From Eledone cirrhosa (taxonomy: Eukaryota): 64,000 nucleotides of DNA. The stretch covers positions 260,090,001-260,154,000 of the forward strand of contig OZ024743.1 of assembly GCA_964016885.1 (NCBI GenBank), given 5' to 3'. Of this stretch, positions 1-11,800 are shown piece after piece. The notes beneath the pieces are model-generated. The model worked only from the letters and a program-made list of their open reading frames with translations. It made no database searches and was not told the DNA's origin. Position 1 is the stretch's first letter. Each line of letters begins with the position of its first letter. The position numbers were made by a program, and so were the translations under genes.

Positions 1-189
1 ACTATCCTCACAATTTCAGGACTGGAATTCTCTTTATGGATATTCAGCTGATAAAATACATGAAAGAAAGATATTTCTATCAGCTGGAACCGAACCAAGT
101 CCTTTGGAACAAATTAAGTCATTTCTGAAGGAAATAGACCTTTTCCATAAGCCATAGATGTGTGTGTGTGTGTGTGTGTCTGTGTGTGT

Positions 190-226
<37 letters not shown>

Positions 227-1609
227 TTGATAACTATGTAAAGAAAATTACACTTCTGTATGCAAGTAGATACTAACCTTCGACATTTACAGACTAACAA
301 TGTATGCATCTTGTGTAAAACAAGTTGTTTAATCTATCATAATTCACGGTTATTTAATCATTAATTCCTCAATAATTAAGAATGCTATCGATCTATTGCT
401 ATCGTGGTCTCTAGCAACAATTTTACAAAGTGTGAGATGAATCAACTGATGAATAGTTTGGTGATCAGGAATAATGTAATGGACTTCCAGCAGTGTCGAA
501 TTTGTTTGATATTAGAGCTGTCTATTTTACGCCAGGGGAATTGTTACGTTTCTAGACATTCAAAAGTAGAATACTTATTGATCCCAGCAAACCCAACCCA
601 TCAGACATAATAGTAATTCTTTACTTGCCTATATAATTCCGAAATATTCTTGACATAGTCCAATATATTCTTCTTGTACTACGTGCAGAGAATTGTGATA
701 ATGTTTATAGAGACGATTAAAAATAAAGCTCTCCGGACAGTGAAGATTATCTTGACATTAATGCAAGGTTGACCTTAATTTTATATACATGTTTCAAAGA
801 TAAAGTACAATTATGCAGATTAAATATTATTAAATTAAAGTATTTCTTTTATTCTACTTAAAGACAGGTGGCTTAGTTGTTAGGCTGTTGGACACACGAT
901 CATAAGTTTCGTTGGTCCTATCTGACAATCGACTCCTTGTACTGACACCGCTCTGTGCCATACAATACATCAGTCTGTCCACATTTGCCAAGATTTCTGG
1001 TTTGAGATGTAGCATATTACATGGGAAAATGTTGCTAGCTCCTCGCTCAATAATCCTGCATTTTTTGGCAGCAAGGGATACTATTATCAGACCTCTATAA
1101 ACCTCTTACAACACAGCTTAACCAATTTTGTGGAAAAGAAAACAGAAAGAGTCGATTTCAGTCGCTACCTGATACATTATTTACGCACCACGCCAGAATG
1201 AAAACAGTGTTGACGTCGCTGAGACTCGAACTCAAAAGCTGCATGTCACAATATGCTGGAAACATTGCCACCAGGCATTTGTCCAACGCTGTAACGAATC
1301 TGCCAAGCGACTGACTAAAGTAAATTATATATTTCTGACAGTTCCATCTACATAAATGGAAATTTACTAAGATCTTTTGTTATTTGTGACATTTTGAACT
1401 TACAACATACAGGCAAAGAATGGGGACGCCAGCCAATGCTCCACTCCTCCCCCTCCACCACTATACACACATACTTGCACACAAACATACTCTCACACAC
1501 ACAATCCTTGGAAAATTGCCCGTCATTTATTAAATATACATGCTCACACACATGCACACATACAAATATATACAGAGGAAGAGAGAGGTAGATAGATTGA
1601 TATTGATCT

Positions 1610-1611
<2 letters not shown>

Positions 1612-1675
<64 letters not shown>

Positions 1676-1886
1676 GTGCATATATGTATGTATATGTTTA
1701 TATATATATATATGTGTGTGTGTGTGTATGTATATATATATATATATATACACATATATATATACATACACACGTGTGTACATATGCATATATATTTGTT
1801 TGTATATATATATATGTATGTATGTATGTATGAATATCATATACATGCATATGTATACATGTGTGTATGTGTATATGTGTGTGTGT
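1612..1886. repeat. (TA)n/(TG)n/(TATG)n microsatellite cluster
   Basis: Directly visible. Other simple repeats: (TG)n 159-225, (GA)n 3300-3372, (CATA)n 11855-11956 and 12565-12687. Confidence 0.95.
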
Positions 1887-2654
1887 GGAGAGAGAGGAAA
1901 CCACACCTGTCAAGATAGTCTACATATAGGTGGTAAAACCAAGAAACATAACATACCACTCAGGCTTATCAGATGGTATATACAATCACTGTTGGATGTG
2001 GTCTATTATGTGTGTGAATGCGTTGTAACTTCGAGAAAGTCATTTTACTTCACGTTTCTCCTGCCCATTCAGATGGCAAAAATAAATTGTATTTTTAATT
2101 CAAAAGTCACTCTGAATTTCCCTGAGAAATGCGTTTAAATTGAACCTGTTTGTGCAATACTCAGCCACTTGCACGTTAATATTAAAAATTGACTGTTTCG
2201 TTGTTCTAAAAAGTGGAATACTGATCGTTGGAACTGACGGAGATCCAAGAATGTGTGGTGGGTAAGTTCATATACGTGCGTGTATGTGTATGTCTGTGCG
2301 TTTGCATGTGTGTGTGTGTGTTTATCTGTATGTGTGTGTGTTTGCGTGTCTGTGCATAGATCTGTATGTCTGTGAGTGTGCACGAGTTTGTGTGTGTGTC
2401 TGTGTGTGTATGTGAATAATGTATTTTCTATCTACATGAGTGATATTTATATTTTCATTCACATGGCATATAAATAGTGACAGAAAGTAATTCTAGTTTT
2501 TTCACCAACACCTACGAGATCTAGCTACTTCGAAATCATGATTCTTAGATTATTAAACCCTTAATTCTGTCGAGAGAGTATATTCCCCCGAAATAGTTTT
2601 AAAATCAGAATTAATCAGTAATCCTCGTCCAATAATTGGTGGGGAAAAGAACAG

Positions 2655-3139
2655 TTGGAAAAACGGTTTCAGTTATGATGTTTAGTTTTCAACATATGCT
2701 CCATCTACGTCAATTCACTTCTGCAAGTGTTGATACCAGCCTTGAAGTCCATCTGTGTAAAACTGAAGGCCATGCGATTTAAACCATGTCAAAGCAGCTT
2801 TTTTTACATCTTCAACTGGGAATCAGTTTCAACCTCATCTCTTTCACTTCTAAAACGACTTAGCCATTTGTAGGTTGTTGATTTCTTTGGGGCATTGTCC
2901 CCATAAACTTGTTCCACAGCATCAATGATTTGGCTGCTCTTCCACCCTTGCTTCGCCATGAATTTGATGTTTTGATGGAAGCCATGCTGCTCGAGCGAGT
3001 GCTGACTTACGACTGACGGTGCCGCGTTAGAACATGTTATGACACGTAAATACGAGAACATATAGGCGCATTCAGATCGAAATCCCTGCATATGACTTTT
3101 AGCTATGTACTTTTTCGACGAACTTTTTGAAGCCTCGTT
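2655..3139 (-). mobile_element. Internally deleted mariner (irritans/Hsmar2-like) transposon
   Basis: The N-terminal HTH (NIKFMAKQGWKSSQIIDAVEQVYGDNAPKKSTTYKWLSRFR) is fused at about 2820 to the transposase C-terminus (VKKAALTWFKSHGLQFYTDGLQGWYQHLQK*IDVDGAYVEN*). TIR-like ACGAGGCTTCAAAAAGTT at 3121-3138. Confidence 0.85.
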
Positions 3140-3311
3140 ATCAACACTCTAGTCAAGGATAGCTGCAAGTAATTACTTCAAGCTGCTAACAGCAAGCGAT
3201 GGCTGTTCTGTGCGTTTGGTCAATGATTTGTTATTTTAAATATTCATGTAGGAAACTTTATGTGTGACAATGAGACACAGAGAGAAGGAAGGTGGGTCAG
3301 AGAGGGAGGGT

Positions 3312-3342
<31 letters not shown>

Positions 3343-3598
3343 TGAGAGAGAGAGAGGGGGGGGACAGAGAGAGCGAAACTGTAATGACTGAGTGGATAAA
3401 TTATTTAACTATTATTATCCTTTGAGTTATATTTCCAAATCAACTTGAACGTTTCGTTGTGTTGGGACTGTATACGTAATTCTAGTTATCCTGGCTGTCA
3501 GAAATAAGATCAAATCTACGAGAGAAATAATCGCTTACTTATGAATGTCTTTGTTCGTCAATATCCTTTGCAAGTTCTTTTTATTATTTTCTTTACAG

Positions 3599-3753
3599 TC
3601 AATATTAAATTTGAAGATATCAGTTTTGGATGCTGATGATGGGAATGTCTTCCAAAGGGTGGATTATATGGGATACTATTTTCAATTAAAGAAGACATTT
3701 GAAGGACGGAAACTTGAACCTAAAATCCTCAATCTCAAAGGAACAGTAAGCAG
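3599..3753 (+). CDS. Exon: C-terminal part of a C2/MNNL-like domain ([51 protein letters not shown])
   Basis: Polypyrimidine tract plus tttacag|TCA acceptor and AG|gtaaat donor. Beta-strand plus 'VLDADD...VD' resembles C2-domain loops upstream of DSL domains. The phase-2 end joins 8029 in frame. Confidence 0.72.
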
Positions 3754-6415
3754 GTAAATCTTTTGTCATAAAATTCTAACAAAGTTCTCTGTATATCCTT
3801 GTATCTATTAATAATGGTGAAACATAGAGCCACGTTCCTAAGCCAAAATCGATTTCCAGTTGATGATATTTTCTAGAATTTTGCAAATTCTGTGTCCAGA
3901 AAACACAGCTGGCTTATAACAATACTCTTGTATCACAAATGCGGTGCTTATTTTATCGGTAACTGCAAGATGAATCATCAATCTAGTTTTAGTGACATTT
4001 AAACCAAAGTGCCACTTTTTCTAAAGCTGTTCTTCTGTGTTGCCCCACCCACCCACAAAACAATCAGAGAGAAAAATTTGAAAATAATTGACACAGACAC
4101 ACACACATGCGCACGCGCAGATATCATGGTTGATTGAACAGATATTGTTGTCAAGAGCCACAAAAAAAGGAAGTGCCTCCTAATCGAAGAGCTAATCTCA
4201 ACAGATGATAATATATCTCTAAGGGGAATGGAGAAATTATCGAAATCTAGTTAACCTGATTATGTGCACTAAAAACAGAAACTAACTATATATATATAAG
4301 ACAGATATATACATTAAGCCACAAACATGCAGAACCAACAGAAAAAAGCACTACTAGGCATTGCACACTTGTAACGTACAGTGCAATACAAAACCAAAAA
4401 TAACCATTGTATATATTAAAAGTACACAGATATTAATATTTTAATAAAAAATAAGCTATATTTTTACAGATGCTTTTTTTTATTGGCAACTAGGGCCAAA
4501 GAACAAGGGACAATACAAATGGAGGACAGAGGGATTTACACATAATTAAAGAAAACAAATCACACAAAAAAAACGGAATTACAACAACAGAATTCTTCAA
4601 TGGGGGGAGCATCCCACAAGGGGAGTTTAGGAATAACATAGATCCGAAACCACCCTAATATCCAAGAGCACTCTAGGAAGCTGCCCCTCTGCTCTCCGAA
4701 CTTTCCAGCCTACATACTCATGCTAAGAGTAGATCTAATCATCCGAACATTCTCGCTTCATTTACCCACCTTTTAACAAATGTACTGCGGTGGTGGGGAG
4801 CAGTACTTCCATCTACGCCCTCACTTTTCTTTCTGATTGAAAATTGAAATAGTCGATGAGGGCTTGGCCCAAGAGGAAAGTGACTGTCTCCAGTCCTTTT
4901 AGTCACGTCCACTGTATAACCTCTTACGCTAGAGACATCGGGCAGAGGAAAACTGCTTGCCCTTCCCAGCCAAAAGAAGATGGTGCAGCGATCTTCACGA
5001 TGGAGTCGGCCGATATTCGGATTTGTTCCACACGCCATAATAGCTGTTCAACAAAACTACACAAATTAACAATGCCCAGGCACTGGACGAGTGCGGGTAA
5101 AACAGCTTTGTCGTTCTGAAGGCAACTTGAACTGCTCCGTCTGACAGCATTTACATGCATATAGAATATGTTTCGAACCGGCAGAGCGCCCGATAACACT
5201 GTCAGGCCAGGGACTTCTGGAAATTTTCCATAGACTCTGGACCGAAAGTCCTCCATAACGAAATTAGTTCTCACTGACGCCTAGAGTCTCCCCGAGGTCA
5301 TCGCAAATACCTACCACTAGTCCTCTATAAAACACTAACGTGGAATTTCCTCTGACCGCATTGTTTAATTAGTAAAGGGCTGCGAGTGCCTAACAACATT
5401 ACAGATGCCAGTATCAGTCTTCGTTTGACCTAAGACTGCAGCTCAGTCAAAGTGACGAGCTGTGGAAAGTTGTGTCGTATAAACGCCGACCAAGCATGTT
5501 CGCTGCTTAGGAATATATGCGAGTGCCGTAGCCTCAGCGCATGTATGCACATCATCAGTCACGGAAGGTCCAGCCTTCCGCGCAAATAATATTGGCAGCA
5601 GATGGACCGCCTGACCAGTGGAACCTGTTCCTTTCACAAGAAGTGAAGAATGGGTGTTACATAACAATCCCCTGATCTCATCTTTCTTGTTTTCGTCTTA
5701 CTACACCTCGACTTACAGAGCTGGGAATTCTTTTGTTCTGATGCATGGGGGTCGGTTTAATCGACTTTCTCCTCACCTAAAACTGTTGGCCTTGTGCCGA
5801 AAATCAGAAACGATTGATAGGATGAGTTAGAAGAATTTTATTAGTGAGGTATACATTTTTTAATTGATGGCTTTAGTTTGAATTACGAAGGATTGGTAGA
5901 GGATACATAAAAAATATATATATAACCATGTATGCATGGGAGCGACAATGTAAAAGAGTGAGGAGAGCTAACGATGGAGAAAGAAAAATGGGGAGGGAAT
6001 ATGTGTGAAGATATTGAAATATCAATGGGTTTTGTCAGTAACGTTTATTGGAACTAGTTCTTAATTGGCTGACCTGTGAATGTTGACACGCAAGTCAGCG
6101 TTAACACTCTGCCAGTAGAAAAATGGCATAAAGGAACTTAGCAACGCTAGATCGTGAGAAGTCAACCATAATTCATTTCATTTCTTTTGAGATTTTTTCG
6201 GGGGGGGGGGGGTCTGTTTTTTGCGGGGAGGGGGTGGGGGCGAGTTCTACTTAAGTTGTAACAATCTGATATAATTCAGTGGCAGCAGCAGTGGAAAGGG
6301 AAGGGTAATGTGGGAGAGTTCGAAGCATTGTAGTGACACTTTCTTAATTATGTAAAAAAAAAAGAGAAAGGGAAAAAAATAAAGGAATGAGAAGTTATTG
6401 TTATATATTTTTTGT

Positions 6416-6448
<33 letters not shown>

Positions 6449-6449
6449 G

Positions 6450-6506
<57 letters not shown>

Positions 6507-6507
6507 G

Positions 6508-6555
<48 letters not shown>

Positions 6556-6636
6556 CATATGTATATACATATACATATATATATACATATACATATACAT
6601 ATATATATATATATATACATATACATATGTATATAC

Positions 6637-6695
<59 letters not shown>

Positions 6696-6828
6696 CATAT
6701 GTATATACATATACATATATATATACATATATACATACATATATATATACATATATATAACAAAAGATACATAACAATAACTTCTCATTTCTTTATTTTT
6801 TTACATATATATACATATATATATATAC

Positions 6829-6903
<75 letters not shown>

Positions 6904-6904
6904 C

Positions 6905-6951
<47 letters not shown>

Positions 6952-6964
6952 CATATATATATAC

Positions 6965-7001
<37 letters not shown>

Positions 7002-7243
7002 CATATATATAAACATATATATATACATATATATATATACACATATATATAAACATATATATATATACATATATATATATACATATATATATATATATTA
7101 TATATATATATATTATATATATATATTATATATATATATATATTATATATATATATATTATATATATATTTATATTATATATATATATATATATTATATA
7201 TATATATATATTATATATATATATATTATATATATATTTATAT

Positions 7244-7277
<34 letters not shown>

Positions 7278-7356
7278 ATTATATATATATATATATTATA
7301 TATATATATATATTACATATATATATATTATATATATATATATAATATATATATAT

Positions 7357-7388
<32 letters not shown>

Positions 7389-7538
7389 ATATAATATATA
7401 TATATTATATATATATATATATTATATATATATTATATATATATATATTATATATATATATATGTTATATATATATTATATATATATATATTATATATAT
7501 ATATATATTATATATATTATATATATAATATATATATA

Positions 7539-7591
<53 letters not shown>

Positions 7592-7713
7592 CATATATAT
7601 ATATTACTCCTTTGCTTGTATGTACGATGGTTGCGATGTAGTTTCTTGATTTAGATATTGACAGGTGAAACCAAAAAATCTAAGATAATTAAAATCTTGT
7701 GTGGATGTAAAAC

Positions 7714-7758
<45 letters not shown>

Positions 7759-7791
7759 TAATATATATATATATATGTGTGTGTGGTGTGC

Positions 7792-7850
<59 letters not shown>

Positions 7851-8834
7851 TATGCGCGTGACTGTGTATGTGTACATGATCATGTTGCTGTAAAATATTA
7901 GTTTTTCATGTGGTTCTGTATTTTCTACTGATTGGTTATATATATATATATAGGTGTGTGTGTGTGTGTGCGTGTATATAAGTATCCATATATATATATA
8001 TATATATTGCTGTTGTATTCTTTTTCAGTATATTTCTTCAGCTGAAAATGTATTGCAATCAGAACTATTATGGAAGCGCTTGTAAAACTTATTGTATTCC
8101 GACAGATTCTGAGAAGGGCCATTATAAGTGTGATAAAAATACCGGCCAAAAAAAATGCAGCATTGGTAAATATGGCACGTAATTTCGGTCCACCATTTCA
8201 GTCACCCCCTACAATCAACAGAAACCCACATATCATCTACTCTCTCTCCACTACAATCACCCCCAAATATATATATATATATATATTTCTTCTAGTCTCT
8301 GTCTTTGCGCATGCGTTTCCGTGTGTGTTTAATCTTTGGTGTGTGTGTTCGCGTTTGAGTGTATGTGTTTTTGTTTTTGTATTCTATCTTTGTTCACTAG
8401 TATGTGTTTATATGTGTTTGTTGTTATTGTACTTGTGTATATATATATTTATTTATTTATATAATAAATAAATAAATAAATAAATATATACACAAGTACA
8501 ATAACAACAACACAGATAAACGCATACTAATGAACAAAGATAGAATACAAAAACAAAAACACATACACTCAAACGCGAACACACACACCAAACATTATAT
8601 ATATATATCCGTATGTGTTTGACGGCAATACCGAAGTAGAATTTTAATATTCATTTTATTAAGGCTAAATAGTGAGTCTTGTTACTCCGGAGTTTCGCCT
8701 GTTTATCGTAGGGTCATCTTGTCTGATGTCTCTGTAAAAAACAGACGAAATTCCAAAGTTATAAGACTCACTATTTAGCCATAATAAAATGAATATATAT
8801 ATATATATATATATACATATATACACACACATAC

Positions 8835-8865
<31 letters not shown>

Positions 8866-11800
8866 TGTATGTATGTATGTATGTATTTACGTATGTATAA
8901 TTATGCATGTATATACATATAGCCGACTGAACGTACACGTTCCATTTATCCAAAAAGCATTTTTTCCTCTTCTCTATCATTCTACTCTTGCATTTATTTC
9001 TCATTTTATCTTCTGGTGAAGGACTAATGTCCGAAACGTTAAGACCATGTTCTTACTATATCAAGCATTAAATTAATATATATCTTCATTGCTTTGTATT
9101 GTTTTACCGTTTATTTTTCCTATATATATATATATACGTACGTTATTCCGGGTTGAATCGGAGGTAACCACAGTAAGTAAGGTACTCAATACATAGCAGA
9201 GTATAAAAGTTTTAATATAGATGAGATTCTACAGGACTAGAACTGTTTCATTCTTTAGAAATCATCAGGAATCTGGGTATCAAAAAATAAGTATGGTATT
9301 TATAGGTCTCTTCAAGTGGTAGGAGAGGGTAGGGAGTGGGATGGGTATAGGTCATTGGTTGATAGAAAAGGGAATTCATTAAAAGCTAATTCTTCAAGGC
9401 TATAGTTTATTTTTAGAGTAACAAAGGCAGAAAGAATTCTATAAACAAGTTCAGGATGGGGTGCCACTCCTTATTTTTAAGTTTCTCTTAAGCTAACAAT
9501 GCCTATATTTCAGGTGTCTATGTAAACATTTTACAAACTAACAGAGGGAATATACATACCTACACATATATATGCTGTCTTCAGAAATAATTGTTTCTAC
9601 TTTAGGCACAAGGCCAGCAATTACCCAGTGCATTACTGGTACTTTATTTTATCGACCCCGTAAGGATGAAAGGCAAAGTCAACCTCGGCGGGATTTGAAC
9701 TCAGATCGTAAAGGGACGTAACTATGCTGGAAAGCATGGCGTCCGACCCTCTACTGATACTGCCAATCCACCGCCCTTCAGAAATAATGATATTTGTTTA
9801 TTGAAAAACAACAACAAAGATTTAATATAATAGGTCTGTTTGGGAACAGGTTTTGAATTGACCAATAGAAAAGTAGTAAGTGGTCAAGTTGATAGAATAT
9901 AGTAGTAGAAATTTAATTTAGGGGTAGAGGAATGCAGACTTCAGTTTTGAATGGAAAGAATATTTTGAATGAAAAGCTTACTTTGGGGATGAAAAGAGGT
10001 CAAGCCGGTGAAAGGTACACGAAAATGTTATATTATTAAAGAACAATGCTAATGTTAAAATCGAAGGAGAATAAAATTTTAGGATAAATGTGTTAGTGAG
10101 AAATACCAATCTTATTTAAAACATAAGGAATTTAGATCTATAAAAAGAAATTAAATTAATTTAATTGATAGGTATATTTATAGGGATAAATTTATATTAA
10201 TTCATATAGATGTGATAAAAAAGAGTTAGATGTTATTAAAGAATGTTGTTAAAAACGAAGGAAAAAAATGTGGGGGGGGGGGGTAAATGTATTAGTGAGA
10301 AATAACAAATTTATATAGACTACAAGGAACTTAGATTCATAACAGGAAATTAAAATAGTTTATATGTATACTTATAGGTATTAATTTTAGGAAAAGATAG
10401 CTGTAAAAGGGAAATAAAATTATGAAGTTCTCAGTAGTAAAATACTAATTATAGGTAAACCAAATAAAAAAACACTAATTATAATAATTTGTAAAATATA
10501 AGTGTATATTAATTAGGTTTATAATATTTGAAAGTTCTTCTAATTCTATGGTTGCACGATATAATTAATTCTTGTCGCTTATTTAATAGGATGTCCTTAG
10601 ATTTCATTATTTCATCTATTTATCTACATATAAAAATAGCCATTTTGGAAGCCTCAACAATGCAGATGGGTAAATCTCGGGGTAACAGAATCAGGTGGTA
10701 ATGAGAGACAGATGTAAGAGGAAGAGTAGAAAGAGACGTAGAGAGCGTAGGAAAAGAGTAAAAAATAATAACACGAGAATTACCTTGGAAGCGATTTAAT
10801 AGTCCCTATAGTTCGGATTTCACATCCATCAACAGGGGGTTTTCTGAGGGGAAAAGAGTTGTATCGGAGAATGACAAGACGTGGCCTTCGTTTTTTACCC
10901 TGTGCGTACAACTGACATATTCTATCGGGCGTGTGTGCGGGCGAAATTGTTGCGCTAAGATAAAGTTCGAAGCAGTTCTTCTCTACCATATATGTATATA
11001 AATTAAGTATAACAAGACGAATTTTCACAATAGTATTTTTATTGAATATCGTGCGTTTCACAAATTAAGATTCACAAATATATATTTGAGCCAATCATCT
11101 GAGAAACGTACGTAACTGATCGATACATAATACTCTCTTTTACTCCCTCTCTCCCTCACTCGTTCTTACTCTTACCATCACTCATTCTCTCTATCTATCC
11201 TTCACTCTCTCTTCCATTCTCTGTCATTCTTATTCTCACACTTTCTATCATTCTCTCTCTCTTACTCTCTCACTCTGCCTATCTTTCTCACTCACCATAT
11301 TTCTCATTCTTACTCACACTCTCTACCTTACTCTCCCGCTCTCTCTCTCTCATCTCATACAATCTCTCTCACTCTCATTCTCTAGGTTGGATAGGAAAAA
11401 ATTGCCACATAAATCAAGATGACTGTTTGCACAACAGATGCCACAGTGATGCCTCCTGTGTAGATGGTGTTGCATATTACACTTGTCTCTGCCCACCAGA
11501 GAGAACAGGTAAATCACGTAACAACTAAATAACGTTGCAGAAATTAGATACACATATACAGTACATATATACACACATGCACACAGTCATATATATCCTT
11601 ATGTTATATGCACAGTCATATATATCCATATGTTATATGCACAGACATACATACATACATGATGGCTGCAAACTGGTGTTCGAGCATTGCCATCGCCCGA
11701 TAAAATGCTGAAAAATGTGAGGTATGAATGTGGCTTTTTAAACCAGCCAAAAACTTGCACCCTCTGGCACATGCATGGCAACTGTAGGCTCCACCGGGAC

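Larger units (their letters stand above)
9144..11105 (-). mobile_element. Penelope-like element relic with a hammerhead-bearing terminal region
   Basis: Minus strand 10670-10509 reads PICIVE...[16 protein letters not shown], like the C-terminus after the GIY-YIG domain of PLEs. Hammerhead motif at 9275-9224. ACGTACGT flanks both sides (9136-9143 and 11106-11113) and may be a TSD. Confidence 0.7.

Noticed and set aside
20-2262. Further upstream exons of the DSL gene (candidates at 20-157, 556-640, 1342-1412 and 2073-2261)
   Set aside because: Each has stops in the needed frame, lacks a compatible donor or shows no MNNL/C2 similarity. The 5' exons probably lie outside the window.
6348-7901. 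Numerous YI/IY/MYVC ORFs here and at 1348-2138, 8771-9019 and 11599-12732
   Set aside because: Translations of (TA)n, (TG)n and (CATA)n microsatellites.
8715-8728. 6-bp micro-inversion inactivating a single hammerhead
   Set aside because: Better explained as the junction of two inverted copies, since the downstream flank is duplicated on both sides.
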